The notes beneath the pieces are model-generated. The model did no database searches. It was not told where the DNA came from and was given only the letters and a program-made list of their open reading frames with translations. A stretch of 64,000 nucleotides of DNA, taken from contig NC_057733.1 in the NCBI RefSeq assembly GCF_004010195.1, forward strand, positions 28,355,637-28,419,636, read 5' to 3'. This stretch comes from Chiloscyllium plagiosum. Taxonomy: Eukaryota. This document shows, piece after piece, positions 1-13,335 of the stretch (position 1 is the stretch's first letter; each line of letters starts with the position of its first letter). Both the position numbers and the translations under genes were made by a program.

Positions 1-790
1 GATCCAAGAATTTAAATCCTTGCTTCCTGCACCAGTTCCCCAGCCACACATTGAAGTCCATTACCTCCCTGTTCCTGTCCTCTCCAGCCCGATGAACTGG
101 AAGCAAACTGGAGATAGCCACGCTGGATGTCCTGCTTTTCAGCCTTCTTCTGACTTCTCCGAAATCCCGCTGTAAAATTACCCTGCTCTTCACGACGTCA
201 TTTGTGCCGATATGTACCACCACGTCTGTCTCTTCACCTTCGTCCTTGAGGATTTCATGCACCCTGTCGGCGATGTCCTTAATCCTGGTACAGAGAAGGC
301 AACACACCATCCTCAAATCCCGCCTGTTGCCTGGCCGTCTCACTATGGAGTCCCCTATTACCACGGCTCTATGTGACGTCTGACTCCTCGGCTCTGCTTC
401 CACGCCAATTTCTGTTTTGCAGACCTGACCACCTCTCGGACTGGCAGTGACGTCTGTGTCTACGGTTTCCAAGAGTTTCAACCTGTTTCTGACAAGTGCT
501 TCCCCCGGGGTCTCTTGCACTTGTCTCATCTCTGCCTTCCTCATCGTCTTCTCCCTTCTACTCTCTTCTGGTATGCTCGGTGTAATAACATCGCTGAAGG
601 TCCTGTCCAGAAATATCTCGTTCTCTCGGATGAGCCTGATGTCATCTAGTTCTTTCTTCAATGCTGCATTATCCTCTGTCAGAAGCTGAACGTGTACACA
701 CTTTCGAGAGTTGTATGATTCGGCTACACCATAGTCCCTGACCTCCCACAACTTGCATGCAATACACTGAATCAGCTTGGCAGTCATGTC
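1..790 (-). mobile_element. CR1-clade LINE ORF1 remnant (Cys motif, coiled coil, SGNH esterase)
   Basis: Minus-strand translation gives CIACKLWEV, LKKELDDIRLIRENE, VVIGDSIVR and VVVHIGTNDV, typical CR1 ORF1 esterase blocks, with frameshifts; runs off the window start. Confidence 0.85.
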
Positions 791-1027
791 TTCATCCTCT
801 TCAACTGTGTCGGAATCAGAGCAGAGTGTCCCTATTTTTCTGTTCCTGAATCGCCAGCTCCCACTGTTAGTGAGGCCACAGTCTCCTGGGAAAGGAGATG
901 ACCCAATTCTACCCAGATTCCTGGCCTTTATTATTCAGACAGTTAATCATCCACCTATAAACGTAATTGTTCACGAACATAAGGGCATTTATTGTCCGAA
1001 ACTGAGGACTGAAACAACGTTGATCAA

Positions 1028-1641
1028 ATTGAGTACATGAGTTGAAAGGTCAAGTTGCGGCTGTATAGGACATTCGTTAGGCAACTGTTGGAATATTGCG
1101 TGCAATTCTGGTCTCCTTCCTATCGTAAAGATGTTGTGAAACTTGAAAGGGTTCAGAAAAGAATTGCAAGAATGTTGCCAGGGTTGGAGGATTTGAGCTA
1201 GAGGGAGAGGCTGAACAGGCTGGGCCTGTTTTCCCTGGAGCGTCGGAGACTGAGGGGGTGACCTTATAAAGGTTTACAAAATTATGAGGAGCATTGATAG
1301 GATAAGTAAGCAAAGTCGTTTCCCTGGGGTCGGTGAGTCCATAAGTAGAGGGCATAGGTTTAGGGTGAGAGGGACAAGATATAAAAGATACCTAAGTGGC
1401 AACTTTTTCTCGCAGAGGGAGGTACGTGTATGGAATGAGCTGCCAGAGGAAGTTTTGGAGGCTGGTACACTTGCGGCATTTAAGAGGCATTTGGGTGGTA
1501 TATGAATAGGAAGAGTTTGGAGGGATATGGTCCGGGTGTTGGTAGGTGGGACTAGATTGGGTTGGGACATCTGGTCGGCATGGACGGGTTGGACTGAATG
1601 GTCTGTTTCCACGTTGTACATCTCTATGACTCTATGACTCT
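1028..1641 (+). mobile_element. CR1/HER1-like LINE 3' end (RT C-terminus, 3' UTR, tail)
   Basis: YCVQFWSPSYRKDVVKLERVQ and NFFSQREVRVWNELP motifs; ends in a ctctatga-type short tandem tail. Confidence 0.9.
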
Positions 1642-2615
1642 AAATTTACATGTAATTTGTCTAATCGAAGCAGGGCAATGTCTTCTTTGGGAGGTCAGTT
1701 AATATCCTTCCTTATTGAGCTTTTGACCATGGTTTGGATGATAGATCTATAATCAATGATATCTTACAGAATCTCACCATCCGCCTACTTGAATTCCATT
1801 TGATAACGTTGTTTTGCACGTCCATGCAGTGTAAATATAACATCCCCATTGCAAAAGACACAATGTATTGTTTTCGGTAAATTCAATACCCTACGTGCAG
1901 TTCCAGATCAGTGACATAAATCAGGAAAAGCAGGTGACCAGTACAAATGCCTTAAGAGAAAACAGAGAACTGCAGAGATTCATCAGATGGAGCTATGAGT
2001 CTCCAGCAATTTATTTTTTTAATGAACCTTGAGGAACGAAGCATATGCTGCACTCTTCCCATAATCGACTTTATCATCGTCAGAAACACTCCCTCAATTA
2101 ATCATTCTTGTTCCTCCAATGAAGATCAGAAGTTAATCAGACGCAGTAATGCTCAGAGTTTGTCAGAGTAAATGAAGCAGCTCAGAGCAAACAGATTCTG
2201 TCTGTTCACTCCACACTCACTTTGGAACACAGTTAGATGGAAAATTAAGTGTGTTGATACTGATGAAATGCTCAATCACATTGATATTGATGAAATGCTC
2301 AAATGCTCAATCACATTTGTTGTGCAGTATTTCACGACAACTAAACTAAATGTAACGTTGACAGGAGTTAACCATGAAAACATTTAATTTGAAATAAAAT
2401 GAAAAACTCAGGAGTTCTGTTGTGACTCCCGTTCATTTGAACCTTGTGTAGACCTGACGCATTAATCTTTCCTGGCGCATTCTCATCTTGTACGTTGTGG
2501 TTCCACTCCAGAATTTTGACCACATTGTCCAGGCTGACACTTCCTGTGGTCATGAAGGATGTTATATAAATGTAAATCTTTATTTCTTGTTTGTCTTTTG
2601 TTGTTGACATCAGGT

Positions 2616-2670
2616 TAGAGTGACCCAAAGTCAAACCCAGGTCAACTGCTTGGAAGGCAACAATGCTCAC
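2616..2670 (-). pseudogene. Partial degenerate tRNA-Gly(TCC)-derived sequence
   Basis: Minus strand GTGAGCATTGTTGCCTTCCAAGCAGTTGACCTGGGTTTGA resembles vertebrate tRNA-Gly-TCC (GTGAGCATAGCTGCCTTCCAAGCAGTTGACCCGGGTTCGA); 5' end and acceptor stem degraded. Confidence 0.7.
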
Positions 2671-3675
2671 ATTTACGCGGTTTTCACTACATATTGAGTA
2701 CATGCAGAAACAAGCTGATGTGCAGTTAGAGAAATAGTTCCTGATTACGATTTCTAAACCTACAATGTTGGAAATTTTGTCGCGAAATAGGAGATTTGAG
2801 ATGTAATAAAAGACTGCCTTGACTGAATGCATGGTCCTTATTAAGATTGGCGCAAACTCTTAAAGGGCACAACGCAGAATCTTGCCTCATTCCCTGAAAT
2901 AAATCAACAACACTAACAGCAAGAAAATCTGAGAGCAACCCTGGAAGTTTCAGAGAAGTAAAAGTTGTGAAGGGCGATAATACAGGAAGAGTAATGCAAA
3001 TAGCAAAAAGATAAACGAGGAACTGTTGGAGATACTGAGCCAATGCTGCATTACATGTGAGGTCGGGAAACTCTTGGTAACAGTTCATGAAACAGAAACC
3101 TCTTGACAAATTGATGGTTAATCCGACAGATATACAGTTTTCTGTTTTACTTTGTAAAGGGGGAAAGAGCCGAGTCCTTGCTGGGATGGAGAGAAACCAG
3201 AGCAGTTTCCATTGCTTCAGAATCGTACAATTATACAGCATGATCAGACCACGCTGATCATAGTCCCACCTGCCTGATTCTGGCCAATTTTTCAATAAAC
3301 ATTCTGTATTCACCAAATTATCTAAATGTCTTTTCAACATTGCAAACAGACCTGTGTCCATCCTTTCCTCAGGAAGTTCGTTGCACACACGAACCATTCG
3401 CTCTGCAAATAGTGTGACCCATAGTTTTTCTAATCCAAAATCCCTGATATCACAAAACACTGTGTAGTCTAAATAAATCCACTGATATATCCTTCATGTA
3501 ATTCACGGCTGTGACTTTAAAGAAATTCTGCGATTTGCATATTAATCAACCGAAACCTGCATCCCCATTGGACGTTATTCAAGACTTACCAGCCAGCCAA
3601 CTTTATTTAATCCATCGCATCAGTTGTTTGACAATTTGATATTTACCGATAAAGTCTGTGTCCTATGTAAGTGCC

Positions 3676-3785
3676 CCACCCGATGAAGGAGCAGCGCTTC
3701 CAAATAAACGTGTTGGACCATAACCTGGCGTTGTGTGATTTTTAACTTTGTCCACACAGTCCAATAACATTACCTCCACATCATA
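3676..3785 (+). mobile_element. Short PLE-type repeat, family D, with decayed hammerhead core
   Basis: ccgatgaaggagcagcgcttccaaataaac...ataacctggcgttgtgtgatttttaac shared with copies at 24190 and 62955. Confidence 0.6.
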
Positions 3786-4519
3786 AATAATCGCTGGCCA
3801 TTCCCATGCTTTTCATAATAAATAAAATTCATCAGAAAAAAATTCAATGATTCTATTCAACATATTGGTGTATTCCCATTTATTTAAAAAAAAACAATAG
3901 CACTCCCAGCCCGAATTAATGAATACATGGCACATTTAAATTTATCTTCGGCATTAATAACCATTCATCAGAACATGATTGCGGCACAGAATCATCAACC
4001 TGTCCCCTTCACATGCATCTGTCCAGTTCATCACAACTAACATTCAGTAGAACAAGCATCTCCTTTGAAGATCCGTGTATCATAATTCTGTGTTCTGACT
4101 TTTCCAATTTTTTTTAACCAATGGGAAACACACTGTTGCGATCCTGAAAACCTATTTCACTTTGAACTCCATTATCTATTAGAATACAACTACTCCGTTT
4201 TCCGACCTTTCCAAGTTTTTGATTAATTAATGGAAGCACATTGCGTCATATGATGAAAATTGATTTAATATTCTGCTCCTTTGTCCAATAACCCTTTCGT
4301 CAGCAAAGAAAATATGTCAGTTTCTGCAGACTCTTCGCATTAGTGAAGTTTTTTGTGGTTCGTGGAAATAGTACAAGATATGAAGCCGATTTGGTCTGTT
4401 CCGCATATTGAGACTGCTGTTCGATCATGTTTAATACGTTTCTCAATCCCATTCCCCTGCCTTCTCTGCATTGTGCTTACTCCCCTTACTAATTAAAAAA
4501 AAAACTTCCTCGAACGGGA

Positions 4520-7410
4520 GAGGCTTCCATTTCTGTTTAAATTTTAGCGTCAGCAGCAACTCAAAGGGCGGGAGATTGGACCAGGGGCCTACCGGGAGCG
4601 GCGAGTCACTGAGTTGAGCTTTTATATTTGAAGTCAGAGAGCAGAGTTTTCTAGGAAAGAAGAGACTTCTTAATTTTATTTACATGGAGCTATATAAGTC
4701 AGAGTTTTGTCAGCGCGAGACCCTACCATTGTAGGGCCTCACACCCACATTGTAGGGCCTCACACCTCCGAAAACCTTAAAGACTGTGGACACATCAGCT
4801 AATCCACTCTTCTTTTTTTCTTTGTGATAAGGGGACTAGCAGAATGTTCTTCCTGCATGATGCTTGAGGACAGGGACAGCATTAGTGTCCTACCAAGTAC
4901 ATCTGCACGAAGTGCACCCAACTCCCGCTCCTCCAAGAACGTGTTAGAACGCTGGAGCTGGAGCTGGATGAACTACGGGAGACAGTATGTGATAAACAAG
5001 AGTTACAGGGAAGTAGTTACTCCCAGGCAAGCAAAAAGCTGGTGACTCTTCAAAGAGGAAAACTAATCTGTGGAGGGAATCCCTGTGGCCGTTCTCCTGG
5101 AAAACAACAATGCCGTTTTGGATACTTTTGACGTGGATGACTTACCAGGGGCATGCAGTGGGGCTCAGGTCTCTGGCACAGAGCCTGTTCCTGTTGCACA
5201 GAAGGGAAGGAGGGAATGGAGGAGAGTGTTAGGTATTGGGGACTCAATAGTTAGAGGCTCAGATAGAAGGCTTGTTGGTAACGTACAAAACTTACTGATG
5301 GTGTGTTGCCTCCCAGGTGCCAGGGTCCATAATGTCTCTGATCGTATCATTGGGATGCTGAAGAGAGAGGGCGACGAGTCTCAAGTCGTGGTTCATGTAG
5401 ATTCAAACGTCATAGGGAAAAGGGATAGGAATGTAAGGCAGGATGTTGGGGAGCTAGGGTAGAAGCTGAGACCGAGAACAAACAGAGTTATTATCTCTGG
5501 TTTGTTATGCATGCCACGTGATAGCGAGGCAAGGAATAGGGAGAGGTATTTGTGGGCGGCACGGTGGCCCAGTGGTTAGCACTGCTGCCTCACAGCGCCA
5601 GAGACCCGGGTTCAATTCCCGCCTCAGGCGACTGACTGTGTGGAGTTTGCACGTTCTCCCCGTGTCTGCGTGGGTTTCCTCCGGGTGCTCCGGTTTCCTC
5701 CCACAGTCCAAAGATGTGCAGGTTAGGTGAATTGGCCATGCTAAATTGCCCGTAGTGTTAGGTAAGGGGTAAATGTAGGGGTATGGGTGGGTTGCGCTTC
5801 GGCGGGACGGTGTCGACTTGTTGGGCCGAAGGGCCTGTTTCCACACTGTAAGTAATCTAATCTAATATCAGCTGACCACGCGGCTGCAAGAATGGTGAGG
5901 ACAGACGGTTTCAGGTGCTTGGATAATTGGGGCTCATTCTGGGGGAATTGGGACCTGTACAAACAGGACGATCTTTACTTGAACCAGAGAGGTACTGATA
6001 TCCTGTGTGGGAAATTTGTTGGTGCTATTCGAGTGGGTTTAAAATTGCTCAGCAGGAGGATGGGAAACTGTGGTGTAGTTTCCCAGGAGGATGAGAGCAG
6101 GGAGAATAGCGATAGGATTGCAGGGTCACAGGAATGTGCTGGCAGACAGAAACCTGGTTTGAAGTGTGTCTACTTCAACGCTAGAAGTATCCGAAATAAG
6201 GTACGTGAGCTTGCAGCACGAATAGGTACGTGGGACTTCGATGTTGTGACCATTTCGGAGGCATGAATAGAGCAGGGTGAGGAATGGATGCTTCTGGTTC
6301 CAGGATTTAGATGTTTCATTAAGAACAGTCAAGGCGGTAAAAGGGTGGGAGGTTTCGCCTTGTAAGTCAAGGAGTGTATAACAGTGGCTGAGAGAACTTT
6401 TGACGAGGACTCGTCCACTGAGGTAGTGTGGTTTGAGGTAAGAAACAGGACAGGAGCGGTCACACTGCTTGGATTTTTTCATAGGGCTCCACAGAGTTCC
6501 AGGGAGATGGCAGAGGGGATTGGCAAAATTATTCTGGGTGGGAATGAAAGGAACAGGTGGTCATTATGGGGGACTTTAACTTCCCTAACTTTGACTGGAA
6601 ATGTTTTAACTCTTGTACATCGGATAGATCAGTTTTTGTCCAATGTGTAGAGCAGGGCTTCCTTGCACAGTCCGTCCAAGGGCCGACAAGAGGGCAGGCT
6701 GCACTGGATCTGGTGCATGGTCATGAACCAGGCCAGGTGTTTGATTTAGTTGGAGGTGAGCACTTTGGACAGAGTGACCATAATTCAGTTGCGTTTTGTT
6801 TAGCGATGGGAAGGGATAGGAACATACCACAGTTCAAGGGTTATCGATGCGGCAAGGGCAACCATAATGCGATTAGGCAAGAATTAGGATGCAAAGAATG
6901 GGGCAGCAAAATGCAGTGGATGCAGACACTGCAAATGTGAAGCTAGTGTAAGGAACAGATATTGCGTGTCCTTAATAGGTATGTCTCTGTCAGGCTGGGA
7001 GGAAGTGATAAGGTAAAGGAACCGTGGTTTACGACAGAAAATGCATCGCTTGTTAAGCATAACAAGGAGGTTTATGTGTTGATGAGGCAAGATGGTTCAG
7101 ATGATGCGATGAGAGTTACAGCTCAGCTCAGAGCATTTAAAGAGAGAGTTAAGAAGATCACAGAGAGGACTCGAGCAGTCTTCTGCAAATAAAGTAAAGA
7201 AGAACCCAAAAACGTTCTATAGCTTTGTGAGGAATAAAAGGATGACTAGGGTAGGAATAGGACTAATGAAAGACAGAAGTGGGAAGTTGAGTATGGACCT
7301 TGTGGAGATTGGAGAGGTGCTAAGTGAAAGTTTCTCATTGGTTTTCACTCAGGTAAAAGAGAATGTTTTAGAGGACAATAATGATATACGAGATATTAGC
7401 CTAGAAATGT
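4520..7410 (+). mobile_element. 5' part of a CR1 LINE (5' UTR, ORF1 esterase, ORF2 APE endonuclease), decayed and interrupted by a SINE
   Basis: ORF1 motifs CSSC, IGDSIVR, CCLPGARV, VVVHV; ORF2 motifs YFNARSI, VIMGDFNFP, LDLV, SDHN; multiple stops and frameshifts. Confidence 0.9.
5553..5865 (+). mobile_element. HE1-type tRNA-derived V-SINE (young copy)
   Basis: Pol III box A TGGCCCAGTGG (5565-5575), box B GGTTCAATTCC (5609-5619), V-domain core gtggagtttgcacgttctccccgtgtctgcgtgggtttcctcc, CR1-like 3' end, aatct tail; near-identical to 63029-63332. Confidence 0.9.
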
Positions 7411-7629
7411 GCAATGGTAATAACCTATATTTAAACACTTGTGAAAACACGTGGGAGCAAATCAGATAATATAATCACTGGAATTAATTAGTCAATTTAC
7501 AAAACAAACACTGAGTCAAGTTATTTGATTTTTTTCTAGTATTCCAGATTGAAAGAAAAAAATGATTGGCATTAATATTAAACAATTTCAACCAGTTTTG
7601 TTTACAAGTGGAATGTGATGACTCTCGGT

Positions 7630-7890
7630 GATAGGTGCAAGGCATTCCAAAAATCACAACTCTCTGAGAGAAGAAATTCCTCCTCACCTCAGTCATAAAC
7701 TGGTGCCCCATACATCTGAGACTCTGTTCTCTGGTCCTAGGCCATCCCATGAAGGGAAATATTCTCTCAGCATTTACCCTGTCAAGACCCTTAAAAATCC
7801 ACTCTACTTCAATGTGATGCTCTCTCATTATTCTAAACTCTAGTGTGTATAGAACCAACCTGTTCAACCTTTAATCATAAAACAATCCCT
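7630..7890 (-). mobile_element. CR1 LINE 3' fragment
   Basis: Minus-strand LYTLEFR...FKGLDRV...RRNFFSQRVV. Confidence 0.8.
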
Positions 7891-9093
7891 CCGCTAATGG
7901 TTCTGCAATAATACCAGTACGGCATCGCTTTCCCTCTTGAGGCCATCCAAGCAACACATGCACAAGTATTCAGTTCCTCCAACACTGATGGTCAATAGTA
8001 CACACTACTGCTATCGACACGTTTCACGGCAGAAATTCACCAGAGATACTGAGACAGCATCTTCCATACCCATAACCGCTTCCATCTAGAAGAACAAGGG
8101 CCGCAGAACACGACCACCTGCAAGATCCCCTGCAAGCCGCTCACAATCCTGAAATAGAAAGATATCACCGCTGCTCCAGTGTCACTGTGACAGAATACTG
8201 GAATTTCACACCGAAGGGCATCGTGCATCTGCCTACAGAACATGGACTGCAGGGCTTAGAAGACAGATCACCAGACTCTTCTGAAGCAAAATTATGGATT
8301 GTCAAAACAATCCGTCCCTGCCAGCAATGCTCATATGTCAAGTAGCTGCCAAAGTTCCCGATCCAGCACGGCATTGGTTCCCATCCCGCACGATATAAGG
8401 ACCTATACAGCACAGTACAGACCCCAATCGGGACTATCTATCCAGCATACCAATGCCACCTATCCTGTCTGTAAAAGCCTGCTGGTATTAAAGCTCAGGA
8501 CCATTCTGTCCAATAGCCTGTATTAAACTCATACAAGGAATGGGAAATTGTTATATACTAGGCACACAAAGAATTCTTAGGCAGGCCGCTTAGACAATAA
8601 CTTTGGAATATCTTTCGGAAAATGTACAGTGAAAATTACGCGGAGTAATTTAGCTAGATTGACTATCAGGTTTTAGAACAGCCAAAAATAAAACATAATT
8701 ATACAATGCAACACAAAGAACAGAATAACGAACTCCTACAGAACACAGTCTATCCAAACTAAACTGAATTATCCTTTTCCGAATATGCACAACAGTCCAA
8801 ATAAGCAACACCTCATCAAACGCTATAAAAATGAAACAAATGCTTACAAGTCGAACTTAGAAGGGCAGAATGTGAGGGAGATTAGCAGACTATTTCCACA
8901 CAACCAACAGCTAAACTGCCCAACTCCTTCTCGACTGAAATACTCAACTCGAGAGACGACCACTCCCTTTTCATTGTACAAGTCACTTGGAAAACGTTAC
9001 TTCCCTGGCCTGAAAACTCCGAAGTTTACATATAAACAAAAGACCTCACAAAATCCTTTTTCATGTCTGTACCAAACTAGCCACCTCGGAGCC

Positions 9094-9568
9094 NNNNNNN
9101 NNNNNNNNNNNNNNNNNNNNNNNNNNNNNNNNNNNNNNNNNNNNNNNNNNNNNNNNNNNNNNNNNNNNNNNNNNNNNNNNNNNNNNNNNNNNNNNNNNNN
9201 NNNNNNNNNNNNNNNNNNNNNNNNNNNNNNNNNNNNNNNNNNNNNNNNNNNNNNNNNNNNNNNNNNNNNNNNNNNNNNNNNNNNNNNNNNNNNNNNNNNN
9301 NNNNNNNNNNNNNNNNNNNNNNNNNNNNNNNNNNNNNNNNNNNNNNNNNNNNNNNNNNNNNNNNNNNNNNNNNNNNNNNNNNNNNNNNNNNNNNNNNNNN
9401 NNNNNNNNNNNNNNNNNNNNNNNNNNNNNNNNNNNNNNNNNNNNNNNNNNNNNNNNNNNNNNNNNNNNNNNNNNNNNNNNNNNNNNNNNNNNNNNNNNNN
9501 NNNNNNNNNNNNNNNNNNNNNNNNNNNNNNNNNNNNNNNNNNNNNNNNNNNNNNNNNNNNNNNNNNNN
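9094..9568. other. Assembly gap (N run)
   Basis: 475 N. Confidence 1.
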
Positions 9569-9654
9569 AGAGAAGATTGGAGAGAGAACAGGATGGATAG
9601 AATGAGGAAATTGGGCGTAAAGACAACTGATAGGTAGATGCAGACTGAAGTACG

Positions 9655-10505
9655 GAGAGTTATAGAGTGTCAAAGTCAGAGAGATGGGCAGCACGGAAAG
9701 AGACCCATTGGACCAACTCATACACGCAGACCAGGTATCCTAATTAATTTCGTTCCATTTGTCAGCATTTGGCCCATGTCCCCCGAAATCATCCCTATGC
9801 ATATGCCGATGCAGAGGCCTTTTAAATGTTGCAATTGTACCAGCCTCCACCACTTCCTCTGATAGCTTATTCCATACATGCTCCACTCTCTGCGTGAAAA
9901 AGACGCCCTTATCTCCCTTTTAAATCTGTTCCCTCTCATCATAAAACTACGGCCTCCAGTATTGGACTTCACAAACCCTTGGAAAATATTTTGTCTATTT
10001 TCCCTACCCATCCTCCTAATTATTTTATAAACCTCTATAAGTTTACCCCTCTGACTCCAAGTTCCAGTGAAAATAGCTCCGTCTATTCATCGTCTCCCTG
10101 TAGCGGAAATCCGCCAAACCTAGAAACACCCTTGCAAATCTTTTCTGAGCCTCTTCAGGTTTCGTAACATCCTTACTATTGCAGGGATACCAGAGAGCAC
10201 GCTGTGCATCAATAGTGGCGTAACCAATAACTTGGAGAGCTCCAAAATGGCCTCCCAAATCCTATATTCCATGCATTGACAGTAAAGGCAGGCATATTCA
10301 ATCGCCTATCCAACTGAAACTTCAGTGTCATTAAGTGTAGAAGTCCAGGACGCATTTGTCTTTCCATAATGTAGCACCTCACATTTATCTAAATTAAATG
10401 CCATCTGCAACTCGTCAGCCCATTGGTCCATCTGGTCAAGGTCCCGTTGAACTCTGAGGTAACCTTCTTCACTGGCCACTACAGCTCTAATTTTGGTAAC
10501 ATCTG
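9655..10505 (-). mobile_element. CR1 LINE 3' portion (RT)
   Basis: Minus-strand QRDLDQMDQWADELQMAFNLDKCEVLH plus CR1 3' UTR. Confidence 0.85.
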
Positions 10506-11962
10506 TTGCCCTCATTAGGCAGGCAGACCCACAACGAGAGGGAGTTCTAGGACTTTGATCATGTGACACATTTCGAAATCAGGATGATGAGTGGCATGGA
10601 CAGCAACTTGAAAGTGATGTTCTGTTTTATCTGCTGTTCAGGTTTGTTTAGATGCCAGTGCTCTTGGTTTGGAAGCTGCTGTTGAATTAATCGTGGTAAA
10701 TTTCTGCAGGAAATCTTGTTGATTGTACACAAAGCTACTTCTGAGCATCGGTGACGAAAAGAGAGGAAACTTCAGGATGTGGTGCCAGTTTGGCCGGCTG
10801 CTTTGTTCCCGATAGTGTCAAGCTTCTTCAGTCCTGTTGGAGATTCACCAATCAAAGCGAATCGGGAGTATTTTAATAAACTGATAACTTCTGACCTATA
10901 AATCGTGTACAAGCTTTGGGGAGTTAAGAGTGAGTTCTAACAAAAGATATTCAATTACTCACATTTTATTTACCAACGTTTTGCCTCACTCCAGTTTTGA
11001 ATAGTGTGATAAGATTTCAATTTTTAAATCCTCCAGTACTTTTCAGAATGCTTGATTTTTGGGGGGAAATTATAGCCAATGTATACACTGTCCGTGTAGC
11101 TACATTTATTTTAAGATCCTGAGCTATCTGGACAAGGGTGTCATCTGCCTTTAGCACATAGCTTTGTCTCACACTACTTCAGTACAGATGGAGTCGGTAC
11201 TTATGTTCTCCACCCCACCCCAATATTCTTCGTATTAATGTGATGCCTGCACGTCGTGCAAGGTGTTTTGTGTGCAAGGTGTTTTGTGTATGGAAAACCA
11301 AAATTCATTCGATGCTGTGTGCTCTTATATAGGCGTTTAGATGAACTATTGCAGGTTTTCAGCTTCATGGGTACTGAAATATGCAACATGCAGACAGGAT
11401 GGTATTCACTCAGGTTGGTTCCAGATGAATTTATGTGGGATTTAAATGCAGGGTATCTCCAGGACAGTTGTCAATCTGTTAGGGTTCCTTCGTCCAATAC
11501 TCAGGACTGAAAACATCCTTGCAATTATTAGAATGTGATCAGTTGTCAGATACTTCAAGGATGCAGCTATTGGCAGTAAGGAGGAGCAGCGTATATTAGA
11601 TAAAATGATGGACGGCAATTGATAAAGTGAAACTAATTCACAAAGTAGAGCTACTTTCCACAAGCCGGACGCGCCCCTAAATTCAGAATTACGATAACAT
11701 ACCTGAAATAAGGACTCAATGCACAGTGAGACAGCGAGCAAAGAAAGCGAAGCCATGGTACAAGAATCAGGTTTTCTTTTATTTAATGTATTAGTCAAAA
11801 AATAATTTGTACTGAATGATTGTAAATAATATGAGTGGTGGTTTGTCATAATTGAATCTCTGGAGGTCTGATGCATGTGTAACTGTCGATTGCTTTCCTG
11901 TACCTTGGTCATGTACCAGTCACAGATTTTCAACACCTACAGAAGTCATTCATTCTCGGAAA

Positions 11963-12666
11963 TTGGGGAAACCAGTGATTTTATTATTGAAAGAAACTTA
12001 CTATCCAATTCTTGCAGTTATTTGTCTTCCAGTTGAATCATTCATATTGATTTGCTTTAGGCAATTTTAATTGCTTCATATTAATGCCGCATATTATATG
12101 GGTAAACTATTTCCCATAATAAGTTTTCTGCAATGGAACAAAATGTAGAATTGTGTGGACACTTTCCACTTTTCCTGGTGTAATAATAATGTATTATAAA
12201 TGTCTCAGCAAAGATGCAAGTTGATCTTTCGACTGTCTCTCTATGACACATACAATAATGTGATTAAAGTTTTGTGTGAATTTCATATTTTACAAGCAGC
12301 ACAGCTTTTGTTCATATATTCTTAACAAGTTTTAACAATTCTATTTCAATCATACTTTAGAAAATAAACGATCGTCTCTGACTCGCTCACAGCGACTATA
12401 TTAATGGTCTTGCGAGGAAAATGTAATTTTTTTCCAAGTGGATTTCCATTTACATGAAAGCAAGGCAACATCAAATTTCTTGCTCGGAATCAATAGTATT
12501 ATAGTGTATCATATTTGAGTTATAACTTTACATTTTCATTCTTGTCCCACTGTCCTGTTTGCATACTCGTTATCGACACGATATCCACCGCTCTCGATTT
12601 AACTGTCTGGTTCCCTATTTCCTTCACATTTGATAAGTTTGTGGTGATCTGCTGTCAGAAGTTTAA
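11963..12666 (+). pseudogene. GPR139-like class A GPCR pseudogene (two-exon remnant, truncated by the gap)
   Basis: Exon 1 (11963-12032) LGKPVILLLKETYYPILAVICLP has TTG in place of ATG and a non-GT donor (ccag|tt); exon 2 from 12393 has frameshifts and a stop but keeps SFLSHCPVC...LDLTVWFPISFTFDKFVVICCQKF (TM3 and DRF-like motif). Confidence 0.75.
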
Positions 12667-13335
12667 NNNNNNNNNNNNNNNNNNNNNNNNNNNNNNNNNN
12701 NNNNNNNNNNNNNNNNNNNNNNNNNNNNNNNNNNNNNNNNNNNNNNNNNNNNNNNNNNNNNNNNNNNNNNNNNNNNNNNNNNNNNNNNNNNNNNNNNNNN
12801 NNNNNNNNNNNNNNNNNNNNNNNNNNNNNNNNNNNNNNNNNNNNNNNNNNNNNNNNNNNNNNNNNNNNNNNNNNNNNNNNNNNNNNNNNNNNNNNNNNNN
12901 NNNNNNNNNNNNNNNNNNNNNNNNNNNNNNNNNNNNNNNNNNNNNNNNNNNNNNNNNNNNNNNNNNNNNNNNNNNNNNNNNNNNNNNNNNNNNNNNNNNN
13001 NNNNNNNNNNNNNNNNNNNNNNNNNNNNNNNNNNNNNNNNNNNNNNNNNNNNNNNNNNNNNNNNNNNNNNNNNNNNNNNNNNNNNNNNNNNNNNNNNNNN
13101 NNNNNNNNNNNNNNNNNNNNNNNNNNNNNNNNNNNNNNNNNNNNNNNNNNNNNNNNNNNNNNNNNNNNNNNNNNNNNNNNNNNNNNNNNNNNNNNNNNNN
13201 NNNNNNNNNNNNNNNNNNNNNNNNNNNNNNNNNNNNNNNNNNNNNNNNNNNNNNNNNNNNNNNNNNNNNNNNNNNNNNNNNNNNNNNNNNNNNNNNNNNN
13301 NNNNNNNNNNNNNNNNNNNNNNNNNNNNNNNNNNN
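12667..13335. other. Assembly gap (N run)
   Basis: 669 N. Confidence 1.

Noticed and set aside
1-1641. CR1 ORF1 (-) next to a CR1 3' end (+) as one 5'-inverted LINE
   Set aside because: No shared TSD visible and the pieces differ in decay; more likely independent insertions
2368-3460. Overlapping 154-aa and 244-aa minus-strand ORFs
   Set aside because: The longer one starts in a CR1 3' fragment and the shorter one crosses the tRNA relic; no recognisable domain or splice structure
4727-4766. 19-bp direct duplication cattgtagggcctcacacc
   Set aside because: Two copies only, inside a CR1 5' UTR; ordinary slippage, not an array
8549-9093. Possible LTR-like segment beginning TGTTAT before the first gap
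   Set aside because: No second end, TSD or internal domain to support it
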